A DNA stretch of 49,900 bases. It comes from Saprospiraceae bacterium. Lineage in GTDB: Bacteria > Bacteroidota > Bacteroidia > Chitinophagales > Saprospiraceae. The notes under the pieces were generated by a model. It saw only the letters and a program-made list of their open reading frames with translations. It ran no database searches and was not told where the DNA came from. Position numbers and translations under genes: made by a program. The DNA is taken from NCBI GenBank assembly GCA_020847425.1, contig JADLCC010000231.1:1-49900 (forward strand). Direction: 5' to 3'. Shown here in pieces: positions 34,228 through 43,808 of this stretch (the stretch's first letter is position 1; each line of letters opens with the position of its first letter).

Positions 34228-35049
34228 TTATTGTTTTTCAAACGTCCTGACACCTGTACCCCACTGGCATAAGGCAACGCCTGTATGACCGGAACTGGCA
34301 CGGGCAGCTGGGAATTCAAACACCTTCCAGCTCACCGTCAGCGGAGAAGTTGCTGTAATGGCAGGCGGGTGTTGAGCAGAATATTCCGCACTGGTCAGAG
34401 ACAGTGGAGCACCTGGCGCTACCAGTTGCAGACCACCTGCACAAGGATTGGACTGGATCGGGAAAGCAAGGCTGTCGCCGCCCAAAGCGTTCTTGTAATT
34501 GTAAAACAGGTATGGGAAAGGAGCAACAGCTGCACCACCCGGGTTGTCGATGACATAAACACCATCAAATACCTTTTTCAATTCGATCAGCACACCGTTC
34601 GCAGTCCTTTTATAAGTGCCTTCCATAGCCGTTGGGCCGGGGTTGGCAATAGGACCTGCGATAACGATGTTGGAACTGATCGCTACCTTGAAGTTGGCTT
34701 TATTGAACTTCTCGAAAGTAACAGACTTACCGCCGAGCCCAACAGTATCAGGCCAGCCTGTAATGTCACTTTTCAGGATCTGAATGGAGTCGGAGCCGGT
34801 TTTACCACCGTATCCGCCTTCAAAACCAACTAAAGTGTCAACAGCAACAGCAACAACGTTTGGAATGTCGCTATAGATGCTGGTTTGTCCTGCTCCATAT
34901 ACATAAGCATCGTTGATGTTTTGAATAACGATGAATGGAATGGACGTGGTAACTACCGTGGAGTCATTGTCTTCAATTTTGTGACAAGCCGCGATGATAA
35001 AAACGCAGCATGCCAAAAGAGAAGAAAGCAATAGAATTTTATTTTTCAT
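34228..35049 (-). CDS. PUL-associated lipoprotein of unknown function (copy 2)
   Basis: 273 aa with lipobox MKNKILLLSSLLACCVFIIAAC. Collinear with copy 1 through blocks such as GFEGGYGGKTGSDSI, NIVIAGPIANPGPTAMEG and KKVFDGVYVIDN. Confidence 0.7.
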   Translation of the reverse strand: MKNKILLLSSLLACCVFIIAACHKIEDNDSTVVTTSIPFIVIQNINDAYVYGAGQTSIYSDIPNVVAVAVDTLVGFEGGYGGKTGSDSIQILKSDITGWPDTVGLGGKSVTFEKFNKANFKVAISSNIVIAGPIANPGPTAMEGTYKRTANGVLIELKKVFDGVYVIDNPGGAAVAPFPYLFYNYKNALGGDSLAFPIQSNPCAGGLQLVAPGAPLSLTSAEYSAQHPPAITATSPLTVSWKVFEFPAARASSGHTGVALCQWGTGVRTFEKQ

Positions 35050-35169
35050 AATCGAATGAGTTTTTTTAAAGAATGTCCAAGAATGTGTGGCGAACCTTTT
35101 ACAACGTATTGATTTTCAAAAAATTGCACAAGGTGCGCCACACAGGCACTTATGAACGCTCTTGATTTT

Positions 35170-36639
35170 TTAGTTGTCCCAGAACACTTTTGCAGTGAGT
35201 GGGTGCTGGCCAGGGAAACTCTGGTTCAGGCTTTCCTCATTTTCCGGGTATGGCAAAATGCTTGGGAAAACGCCCGTACCTAATGCATTCAGTGTCGGTG
35301 ATTTGAAAATACCGCCGGCTGAAGCAAAAATAGGTGTTGCAGGGCTGTCCAGCCTCCGCGTTTCAATCCAGGATTCAACTGGTTGCAGGTTGTTCATACA
35401 AGTCCACTTCTGCAGCGCAATAGATTTGATTTTATTGCTTGCGTCAATCGCGCCACCGGCAGCCAGGTAATCATCGGCAGCAGTTGCATCCAGTCCGAGG
35501 TATTCAAAACTGGCATGAACACCGGCAGCATAGAGTGCGTCGACGTCAGAAGTGATCCAACCTCTTGCAGCGGCTTCCGCCAGCAGCAAATTGCCTTCCC
35601 ATGCAGAGATAAAGAATACTGGGGCAGTAGGACTGAACATCAGACCGCCACCGGTAACCTTCGCGCCTGCAGGGCGGGAGAAGGTTGCATTGATGGGTGC
35701 ATTCTGGATATCACCAGGATTCAAACCAGCATGTGTGCCGCCAGGAGTCGGGTCAAAATATGCATCAATACGTGGATCCTGTGTTGCGCTCAGATAATCC
35801 AGGAAAGTAGTGGTTGCAACGTAGAAGTTACCCAGTGAGGTACTGTTTGCAGCAGTCCAGGAAGGGTTACTTCCTGTAGCGCCGCCTGGGAATGAAACTT
35901 TTGCCTCATCCGCAGTTTCGATAACAAACTGGTCGTCGCTGCTGTACAGTGCAGCAAGTTTTGCCTGTCCGGCAGCGCCCTGGCGCAGGTACATTTTCAG
36001 CAACAGTGTGTGTGCAAACTTGTCCCACAATACCATATCGCCGTGGTAGATCAGGTCGTCAGCGCCAGGATGAATGAAAGTACCACCCCTGGAGATCAGG
36101 TCGATGGCTTCTTTCAGCTCTTTTTCAAGCGCAGGGTAAACCACATCTTTTGCACTGTCATACTTCGGGTGCACGATTGAACCGTCGGCGATGTCACCTT
36201 TTAATGCTTCTGCGTAAGGAATGTCACCAAAAATATCTGCGCAAACTTGGAAGTTATACGCTTTCATGATTTTAGCGATGGCCACATAGTTGAGCTCCGT
36301 AGACGTTTTAATGATGAAATCCAGGTTGACATTACTTCTGTACAATCTGGTGAACAATTCATTGCCTTCGGAAGAAGCCCATTTGTGCTGATCCGGGTCG
36401 CCCAAAGAAACGCCGGGGCCACCGGTCTGGTACTGGCACAAAATAGACAGCTGTGGATAAATGCGTTGTCCGATACCGATACTTGCTTCCAGTTGTGCAG
36501 AACTGAGCTGCAGGTCGATGCGGGACGTAGTAGACTGGTTGGGGTCAATGTTAACATCCAGGTAATCCTTGCAGGAAGTGAAAGGAAGACCCAAACCCAA
36601 AACCAGCAGTAATATGAATTTGAATTTATGCGTATTCAT
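35170..36639 (-). CDS. SusD/RagB-family nutrient-binding lipoprotein (copy 2)
   Basis: 489 aa, the same length as copy 1 and collinear with it. Lipobox LPFTSCKDYLDVNIDPNQ. Confidence 0.88.
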   Translation of the reverse strand: MNTHKFKFILLLVLGLGLPFTSCKDYLDVNIDPNQSTTSRIDLQLSSAQLEASIGIGQRIYPQLSILCQYQTGGPGVSLGDPDQHKWASSEGNELFTRLYRSNVNLDFIIKTSTELNYVAIAKIMKAYNFQVCADIFGDIPYAEALKGDIADGSIVHPKYDSAKDVVYPALEKELKEAIDLISRGGTFIHPGADDLIYHGDMVLWDKFAHTLLLKMYLRQGAAGQAKLAALYSSDDQFVIETADEAKVSFPGGATGSNPSWTAANSTSLGNFYVATTTFLDYLSATQDPRIDAYFDPTPGGTHAGLNPGDIQNAPINATFSRPAGAKVTGGGLMFSPTAPVFFISAWEGNLLLAEAAARGWITSDVDALYAAGVHASFEYLGLDATAADDYLAAGGAIDASNKIKSIALQKWTCMNNLQPVESWIETRRLDSPATPIFASAGGIFKSPTLNALGTGVFPSILPYPENEESLNQSFPGQHPLTAKVFWDN

Positions 36640-36658
36640 TGCTGTTGTCTTTTTTTGA

Positions 36659-39600
36659 TTAGAAATTAAGTCTCAGCTCTGCGCCGAAACTTTTGGAAGT
36701 TGGGGTAGTCGTAGATTCAATACCCACGGCATCAGATGCACCGCCTACGCCACCTACTTCAGGATCGGCAAATGTGTTTTCTTTTGCTACCCAGTATTTC
36801 AGGTTTTTAGCAAATACACCCACTGTGATGCCTTTGAAAGCACCCATTTTTCCTGTAGGAATGTTGTACGAAACAGCCAGTTCGCGCAATTTCAGGTAAG
36901 AAGCATCCAACAGGTTGATACCTGCAGGAGAACCCCTGTAGAACTGGTAAGCGCTGGTTTCTGTCGTATTTACAGAATAACCGCCGTTGCCGTCTTCCTG
37001 TACGCTGTTTTCTACCACAAATGGTTCGCGGTCATTGACGATGGTTGTAAGAGCGGTACCGTTGAATTCTGTACTCAGTTTGGTACCGGAATAGAACAGT
37101 CCACCTTTTTTACCATCCAGCAGCGCGCGAATAGTCAGGCGCTTGTTTATCGTAAATTCTGTGCCCAAAGTGGCCAGGAAATCAGGCTGATAGCTACCCA
37201 GGTATTCCAGGTTCTCACTTTGTTTCGGGTTACCTACGGCATCCACAATAATACGACCCTGTGGGTCATACTGATAAGTTGTGCCTTTGTAAGTACCGAA
37301 TGGCAAACCTTCTGCTGCAACCAGGTTCAAAGAACCGTGGCCGGAGAAGTGGACCAAACTGCCATAAATAGTCAGCTCGTCGGTTGGAGAATCATTCGCG
37401 ATGATTTCTTTTACGATGTTGTCATTTTTCGACCAGGTACCGTACAGTTTCCAGTCAAACATTTTGGTTCTCACCACATTCAGCCTCAGTCCAAGTTCGT
37501 GTCCTTTGTTGACCATACGGCCGATATTCAAAGGCACAATGGCATAACCGGAAGACCATGGAATATTGACGTCCACGATCTGGTTTTTAGAGTTGATGTT
37601 GTAGTAGGTGTATTCCAGTTCGATACGGCCATCGAAAAATCCGAGGTCGACACCAAATTCAGAAGTAATCGAAAGTTCAGGTTTCAGATCCGGGTTGCCG
37701 ATCAGGTTCAGTTTGCGAGCGCCAGGAACATCGTTGAATGGGAAACGTACCTGGTAGTCATCACCCAGATCCAGGAGGAGCGGGTTCAGGCCGTAGTACG
37801 AATTCAAACGGTATTGTGGTGCGTCTTTACCTGCAGAACCGAGACCAGCGCGGAATTTCAGGAAAGAAAGCGGACCTGCGTCAAATGTCTCCAGGTTGGT
37901 AGGTACGATAGAAAGACCGCCACCCTGGTAGAAGAATCCTCTTTTGCCGGTTGGAAGCGTGGAAGAGTAGTCCTGACGGGCAGAATACTCACCAAAAATC
38001 CAGTTTTTGTAACCCAAAGACGTATTCAGGTAAGTACCGAAAATCCGGTATTGGCCGGATGCGGTTGCCGCGCGTGGGCTTTGTGCAGAGTTGGTCAGGT
38101 CATAAAACTCAGGAATTACCAGACCGCCTACAGTGCTACCTGCAACAGAGCGGTTGGCCTGATCGACAGAGTTGAAGCCAAGCGTAGCAGTCAGTTTCAG
38201 GTTGTCACCCAATGGACGGGAATAGTTGGCGTAAGCATCATACGTCATCAGGATGATGCGGTTGGTGCTTTCCTTGTAGGAACCCAGGCTGAAGGTGTTG
38301 CCACCGCGGCCACCGTCTGCCAATTCGCCATCCGACCAGGTATATGCTGCCAGGTACTCGAATTTCGGGTTTTTCTCTGTTATGTTGCTCGTAATGAAGT
38401 TGGTGCTCACTTTACCTGTAAGAGACAGGTATTGTATTGGAGAGTACGTCAGGGAAACGCTGGAAACAACGTTATCAACCGTGTTGCTCACGTCCTGTTT
38501 GTCGAGGATGTAGTATGGGTTGATCGAATACTGACCGTAAAAACCTTTGAAGTCGTGGTAAGGGCTGTTGTAGTCGCGCAGTTCATTGAACGGGATGTTC
38601 GCAGGTGTTTGCGTTACAAATGCCATAGCAGGTGTACCGGAAGAGTAACCGAATGGGTAGCCGCCTTCCGTTGCGCCGCGCTGTTTGAGTTTGGAATAGC
38701 TCAAGGAGAAATCGGAGCGCAGTTTATCGGAGAATTGTGAACCTACATTCAACAACAGGTTGTGTTTGTTCAGTTTGGTGTTGTGTACAATACCTTCATT
38801 GTTGAAATTGGTATAGGAAACGTAGTAGCTGTACTTGTCTGTTCCGCCGGAGATAGCGAAGCTGTTGCGTGCAGTGTTACCGATGTCAAAGAAGTTTTGA
38901 ACATTGTTTTTCACTGCGCTGTAAGGGCGCACCAGTTGCTCGATTTTACCGTTGCTCAGTGGAATTGGATCGCCATGATCGTCAAAAGGAACACTTGTCC
39001 ATGGAATCATTTGTCCGTCGAATCTGGAACCCCATGCAAAGTTTTCACCCATGAAAATTTTGGTGCTACCGCCGCAACCGCCGCAGCTCGCATAACCTGA
39101 ACCGAATTCTTCCTGGTTCTGGTACAGCACATACGCTTCTTCCACACTGTAAGAAGAAGAAACGGAAATGTTTGCTTTTTCTGCTTTTTTACCCTTTTTG
39201 GTAGTGATCAGGATAACGCCCGAACCACCGCGGGAGCCGTACAAAGTGGTAGCAGCCGGGCCTTTCAATACCGTAACCGACTCTACGTCGTCCGGATTGA
39301 TGTCGTTACCACGGTTACCAAAGTCCACGTAGTTGTCGCGGTCACCGGCTTTACCGGTACCACCACCACCACCTGCGGCAGAGTTGTTAACAGGTACGCC
39401 ATCCACTACGATAAGCGCATTGTTGCCTTGTGTGAGCGAAGTTTCACCACGCAGTACCACACGTGTGGAAGCGCCTACAGCACCGGAAGCGGAACCGATT
39501 TTGACACCGGCCACTTTCCCCTGGAGGGCATTCAATACACTTTTGTTGGTAACTGCATTCAGGTCGGTCGAGTTGACCGTTTGGTTGGCATAGACCACAT

Positions 39601-39943
39601 CACTTTTGTTCCGGGTAAGACCGGTAGCGGTGATGACGACCTCGCCGAGGCTTGTGCCTGCTTCCAGTACGACATCGACCGCATTAGATGTGCCGATTGC
39701 AACCTCCTGTGTTTTGTAGCCAGTGTAGGAAAACACCAGCATGGTAGCGCCGTTCGGCACTTCTACGGAGTACTTGCCATTGATATCCGTACGCGTGCCG
39801 CGAGCGGTACCTTTGACAGAAACGGTAGCTCCAATGAGAACTTCTCCGTCATCGCCGGAGATTACACCCATTATGGTACGCTGGGCCCATGCAGAAGCCA
39901 CCGTAACCACTACCAGAAGTAGGGTTGTGAGTAATTGTTTCAT
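36659..39943 (-). CDS. SusC/RagA-family TonB-dependent outer-membrane transporter (copy 2)
   Basis: 1094 aa, collinear with copy 1, with identical plug motifs and the same C-terminal ...ELRLNF. Confidence 0.92.
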   Translation of the reverse strand: MKQLLTTLLLVVVTVASAWAQRTIMGVISGDDGEVLIGATVSVKGTARGTRTDINGKYSVEVPNGATMLVFSYTGYKTQEVAIGTSNAVDVVLEAGTSLGEVVITATGLTRNKSDVVYANQTVNSTDLNAVTNKSVLNALQGKVAGVKIGSASGAVGASTRVVLRGETSLTQGNNALIVVDGVPVNNSAAGGGGGTGKAGDRDNYVDFGNRGNDINPDDVESVTVLKGPAATTLYGSRGGSGVILITTKKGKKAEKANISVSSSYSVEEAYVLYQNQEEFGSGYASCGGCGGSTKIFMGENFAWGSRFDGQMIPWTSVPFDDHGDPIPLSNGKIEQLVRPYSAVKNNVQNFFDIGNTARNSFAISGGTDKYSYYVSYTNFNNEGIVHNTKLNKHNLLLNVGSQFSDKLRSDFSLSYSKLKQRGATEGGYPFGYSSGTPAMAFVTQTPANIPFNELRDYNSPYHDFKGFYGQYSINPYYILDKQDVSNTVDNVVSSVSLTYSPIQYLSLTGKVSTNFITSNITEKNPKFEYLAAYTWSDGELADGGRGGNTFSLGSYKESTNRIILMTYDAYANYSRPLGDNLKLTATLGFNSVDQANRSVAGSTVGGLVIPEFYDLTNSAQSPRAATASGQYRIFGTYLNTSLGYKNWIFGEYSARQDYSSTLPTGKRGFFYQGGGLSIVPTNLETFDAGPLSFLKFRAGLGSAGKDAPQYRLNSYYGLNPLLLDLGDDYQVRFPFNDVPGARKLNLIGNPDLKPELSITSEFGVDLGFFDGRIELEYTYYNINSKNQIVDVNIPWSSGYAIVPLNIGRMVNKGHELGLRLNVVRTKMFDWKLYGTWSKNDNIVKEIIANDSPTDELTIYGSLVHFSGHGSLNLVAAEGLPFGTYKGTTYQYDPQGRIIVDAVGNPKQSENLEYLGSYQPDFLATLGTEFTINKRLTIRALLDGKKGGLFYSGTKLSTEFNGTALTTIVNDREPFVVENSVQEDGNGGYSVNTTETSAYQFYRGSPAGINLLDASYLKLRELAVSYNIPTGKMGAFKGITVGVFAKNLKYWVAKENTFADPEVGGVGGASDAVGIESTTTPTSKSFGAELRLNF

Positions 39944-40613
39944 AAAAAGAATGAGTTGGTTAAAAAATGATATTAGAACATTGAAAACGGGATTATCAAG
40001 GATTTTTGTCCTTTAAAAAAACTTTTGAAATGCTCAAAAGGAGCGAAAAATAAACGGATTTGAATGTTTTAGTGTAAAAAAATGGAAATATTGGGACGTG
40101 AACCGGCACCTTGGACATATCAAAGGTACAAAACAGTTCAATTCAAAAAATAAAATAAAATTAACACACAGGTAAAGATTTGAGTCATCATGGACAGCCG
40201 GTGCGACAACAAAATATCCGCCCAGCCCAACTATTTGGCAATTAACTTATTCGTTTTCAGTAAGTTAAGCCATGAACTCATTAAAATTGAAAGGCGGCGA
40301 TTCGCATCAATACCATAAAAATGGTAATCGCCTTTCGGAAAACAGTATTGCGCAATCGGCGCTTAGGGTTGCAAATATACTCAACAGCTCCGGAATATAT
40401 CCCCACTATCCCCCAGCAAATTTTCGCAGCGCCCGATTTTGCCTGCAAAACACACCCTTTTTTATGCTTTTTTCCCAAAGATTATGCAGATCACGCCAAT
40501 TTTCCAGACTTTAGCATCTTCAAATTAAAAGCATTGCAAAGAACGCCGCCTGTCCTTGACAAACGCGTCAATTTTGCCGGCTCTTCCACATTGACCATAT
40601 CATCGAACACATT

Positions 40614-40844
40614 ATGGATACCAACGATCGCATCCGAAACACACGCAAATTCCGCAACCCAATGCTCATCCTTGGGATAGCGATGACGGCTTTTTACGTT
40701 GTCCTGGGTTCGTTGCTGATGTTTGTAAAAAGTTTTTTGCCTGAAGTCGGCACCGAATTCCGCAATATTTTTGCGGGCATGCTGATCATCTATGGCATCT
40801 ACCGCGGCTGGCGCGTGTATGCCGATTATTATCAAAACAAGTAA
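40614..40844 (+). CDS. Small two-TM membrane protein
   Basis: 76 aa with two hydrophobic helices (MLILGIAMTAFYVVLGSLLMF, IFAGMLIIYGIY). Ends 12 nt before the next gene. Confidence 0.45.
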   Translation: MDTNDRIRNTRKFRNPMLILGIAMTAFYVVLGSLLMFVKSFLPEVGTEFRNIFAGMLIIYGIYRGWRVYADYYQNK

Positions 40845-40856
40845 ACCAAAAAAATC

Positions 40857-41795
40857 ATGCAACGTTCCGTTTTCTTTTGCACATTGCTGTCCGCCTGCTG
40901 CCTGTTTTCCTGTGGCGAGCAAAAGGATAAAAGTGGCAAAGTTGTCGATACACCGACAACCGGCAGTATCCGTATCATGGTGGATGAAGGGTACAAACCC
41001 ATCATTGAATCCTCCATAGATGTATTCGATTCGATCTATCGGCAGGCGAAAATACAACCCGCCTACATTTCCGAAGGCCAGGCGGTTGATGCTCTTCTCC
41101 GGGATTCTATCCAGGTTATTATTATCACCCGCAAACTCACCGATGACGAACTGAAGTTTTTTACTCAAAGGGGATTTACGCCGCCGATGACACCCATAGC
41201 GCACGATGCGGTGGCTTTCATCCTGAATCCAGCCAATAAGGATACTGTTTTTACTATCGCCCAATTGCATGATATCCTGGCAGGTAAAACAACAAAATGG
41301 TCGCAACTCAACCCGAAATCGGCTTTAGGCGACATGAGCCTGGTGTTCGACAACCCGCTTTCCGGCACCCTCCGGTATGTTAAAGATTCCATACTGACCG
41401 GCGCCCCCCTTTCTCCCAAAGCCTCCGCGCTGCAAACCAATGCGGAGGTCATTGCGTATGTTGCTAAAAACAAAAATGCTATTGGCATCATCGCAGCCAA
41501 CTGGATCTCGGATACGGACGACCGCGGGGTACAGCAATTCAGAAGGGAAATCAGGATTGCCGACATCGCCAAAACCGTCGGAGCGGAAGGCTATGGCCCC
41601 TATCAAGCCTACCTGGCCACCGGCGACTACCCGTACAAACGCACCATGTATATTATCAATGCACAGGCGCGAAAAGGGCTGGGGTTGGGTTTCGCATCCT
41701 TTCTTGCCGGCGACCAGGGGCAAAGAATTGTGCTGAAAGACGGACTTTTGCCGGCACAAGCACCTACAAGGCTCATAAAAGCGAGTCGCGACTAA
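40857..41795 (+). CDS. PstS-like periplasmic-binding-protein-fold lipoprotein
   Basis: Lipobox LLSACCLFSCG. IRIMVDEGYKPII...VIIITRKLT..E..... and SGTLRYVKD resemble the PBP (phosphate-binding-like) domain proteins that pair with TPR proteins in Bacteroidota. Confidence 0.65.
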   Translation: MQRSVFFCTLLSACCLFSCGEQKDKSGKVVDTPTTGSIRIMVDEGYKPIIESSIDVFDSIYRQAKIQPAYISEGQAVDALLRDSIQVIIITRKLTDDELKFFTQRGFTPPMTPIAHDAVAFILNPANKDTVFTIAQLHDILAGKTTKWSQLNPKSALGDMSLVFDNPLSGTLRYVKDSILTGAPLSPKASALQTNAEVIAYVAKNKNAIGIIAANWISDTDDRGVQQFRREIRIADIAKTVGAEGYGPYQAYLATGDYPYKRTMYIINAQARKGLGLGFASFLAGDQGQRIVLKDGLLPAQAPTRLIKASRD

Positions 41796-42021
41796 ATTTT
41801 ATTCACACATTCAACACAAGGTTTGGACCCTGAAAATGAAGCACTTGCAAAGTAAGTGCAATCAAAACCAATTTGCTTATGTTAAACTTGTTTTAAGATT
41901 GCCGTATTTCACCAAACGTTGTGTGGATTTTTTTGAAATAAAGCGTCTGAAAAGTGGAACTTTGCAGCTGCTAGAAAACAAGCGCTAGTGTAGTATTAAA
42001 CTAAAAATCTTTTTCCGAACA

Positions 42022-43737
42022 ATGACAACCCTTCTTAGAAAATTAGCCCTCCCAATCCTTGTAGCATTCGCTCAAATGGCGAACGCCCAAACCCATGCTG
42101 ACGGAATGACGGCCATGCAGTTGGAAGATTGGGATAAAGCAATCAGTATTTATTCGGCACTTGCCAAAGCCAATCCTACAGATCAGGTTGCATTGCTGAC
42201 TTTGGCAAACGCCTATCTCGCCAAAGGCGACAAGGTCGAATCTGAAAAAAGTATTGATGCCGCATTCAACGCCAAGTCTGAAGGCGCCTACGCGCTCGTA
42301 GCCAATGGCCGGAAAGCCCTGCTTCGCAACGACGATACGGAAGCCACCAACCAGTTTAGAAAAGCAGCCAAAACAGCCAAAAAAGATGTGACTGCACTTC
42401 GCATGATTGGCGAATCCTTTTTCTTTTACCTTTCACCCGGCAGTAAAAGACCCAACCTGACGCGCGCTGAAACGGAGCTGAAAGTGGCTCTCGATGTCAG
42501 TGCCAAAGACTTCGCTACCCTGATGTCTTTGGGCTATTGCTACAAAGAAATGCCCAACGGCGGCCTGGCTGCTCAATACTATGAGTACGCTGAAGCACTC
42601 GAGCCTAAAAACCCGCTGGCCAAACTTATGCTCGCCAAAGTGTATAAGGCCGCTAAACTGCCCGAAAAATTCGAGATTAATATCGATAAGGCCATCGCAG
42701 CAAGTCCGACATTCACCCCTGCCCTGCGCGCTAAAGCAGAACACTTCTACTATGGCCGCAAATGGGAAAAAGCAACAGCCGCTTACAAAGATCTGGTCAA
42801 CAATGGCGCCGAGGTGAAAATTGAAGATGAAATGCAACTCGCCAACTGTCTTTATATCACTAAAGACTGTGCAGGATGTAGCGAACTGGTGGAGAAAATC
42901 CTCAAAAAAGACGGCACGAAAAACTACCTCCGCCGCCTGCAGGCTTACTGCGATTATGAGAATGGCCAGTACCAGCGCGGTCTGGATATCCTGAACGACT
43001 ATTTCAAAGTGGTTACGCCGGAGAAAATTCTTCCTTCCGACTACCTCTACATGGGCCGACTGCAACTGAAAAGCAAAGGGGACACCATCGTTGCCATCGG
43101 CAACCTGAAAAAATCCATCGAACTGGATACCAATCATGGAAGCTGGGGCTTGAACAAGGAAATCGCCGAACTCCTGTACGCCCGCAAAGATTACTGCGGC
43201 GCCGTTCAGTCGTATACCTCATACCTGGACTCTCTGCCCAAAAACGACCAGTACTATGTGTCTGACACCTATAAGAAAGGGCTGGCTCAGTTCTACTGCA
43301 AAGACGATACACTGCGCTATCAAAAAGCGGAAGCCATCTTCAAACAAGTGGCCGAACTGGTACCAAAATCGGGCCTCGGCTGGATCTGGGCTGGTAAATC
43401 TGCTGCCAAACAGGACCCCGATGTAGAAGCGCACCCCGAAATGATCGATCAGTTCGGTAAAGCGAAACCCTACTTCGAAACCTATGTCGGCCTCGGCCTC
43501 GACAAGACCAAAAACAAAAAGGACCTGATCGACGCCTACAGTTACCTGGCTTACTACTACTACAACAAAGGCGACGCCGCTAATGTAAAAGCCAACTGCC
43601 TGCCTATTCTCGAACTGGATCCTGAAAATGAAACAGGTAAGGAATTGATGAAAGCTGTTGAAGAAGGCCTTATTGTGCCTGCTACTCCTCCAACACCTGC
43701 GCCGGTGAACGGCGGCGGTGGAAAAGGGAAGAAATAA
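42022..43737 (+). CDS. Secreted TPR-repeat protein
   Basis: Signal MTTLLRKLALPILVAFAQMANAQ, repeated TPR-like A..Y......P motifs, and a Pro/Gly/Lys-rich tail PATPPTPAPVNGGGGKGKK. Confidence 0.7.
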   Translation: MTTLLRKLALPILVAFAQMANAQTHADGMTAMQLEDWDKAISIYSALAKANPTDQVALLTLANAYLAKGDKVESEKSIDAAFNAKSEGAYALVANGRKALLRNDDTEATNQFRKAAKTAKKDVTALRMIGESFFFYLSPGSKRPNLTRAETELKVALDVSAKDFATLMSLGYCYKEMPNGGLAAQYYEYAEALEPKNPLAKLMLAKVYKAAKLPEKFEINIDKAIAASPTFTPALRAKAEHFYYGRKWEKATAAYKDLVNNGAEVKIEDEMQLANCLYITKDCAGCSELVEKILKKDGTKNYLRRLQAYCDYENGQYQRGLDILNDYFKVVTPEKILPSDYLYMGRLQLKSKGDTIVAIGNLKKSIELDTNHGSWGLNKEIAELLYARKDYCGAVQSYTSYLDSLPKNDQYYVSDTYKKGLAQFYCKDDTLRYQKAEAIFKQVAELVPKSGLGWIWAGKSAAKQDPDVEAHPEMIDQFGKAKPYFETYVGLGLDKTKNKKDLIDAYSYLAYYYYNKGDAANVKANCLPILELDPENETGKELMKAVEEGLIVPATPPTPAPVNGGGGKGKK

Positions 43738-43745
43738 ACGTTTGA

Positions 43746-43807
43746 CCGCGTAAACTTGAAGAGGCGCAACGGGAGATATCCTGTTGCGCCTCTTCAAGTT
43801 TACGCGG
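43746..43807. terminator. 25-bp perfect hairpin between convergent genes (possible bidirectional terminator)
   Basis: CCGCGTAAACTTGAAGAGGCGCAAC (43746-43770) is the exact reverse complement of 43783-43807. 12-nt loop and no U-tract. Confidence 0.5.
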
Positions 43808-43808
43808 G

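Noticed and set aside
40272-40680. ORFs 40272-40514 and 40321-40680 in the long gap upstream of SusC copy 2.
   Set aside because: They overlap each other, the translations have no motifs and odd composition, and the region is AT-rich leader-like DNA.
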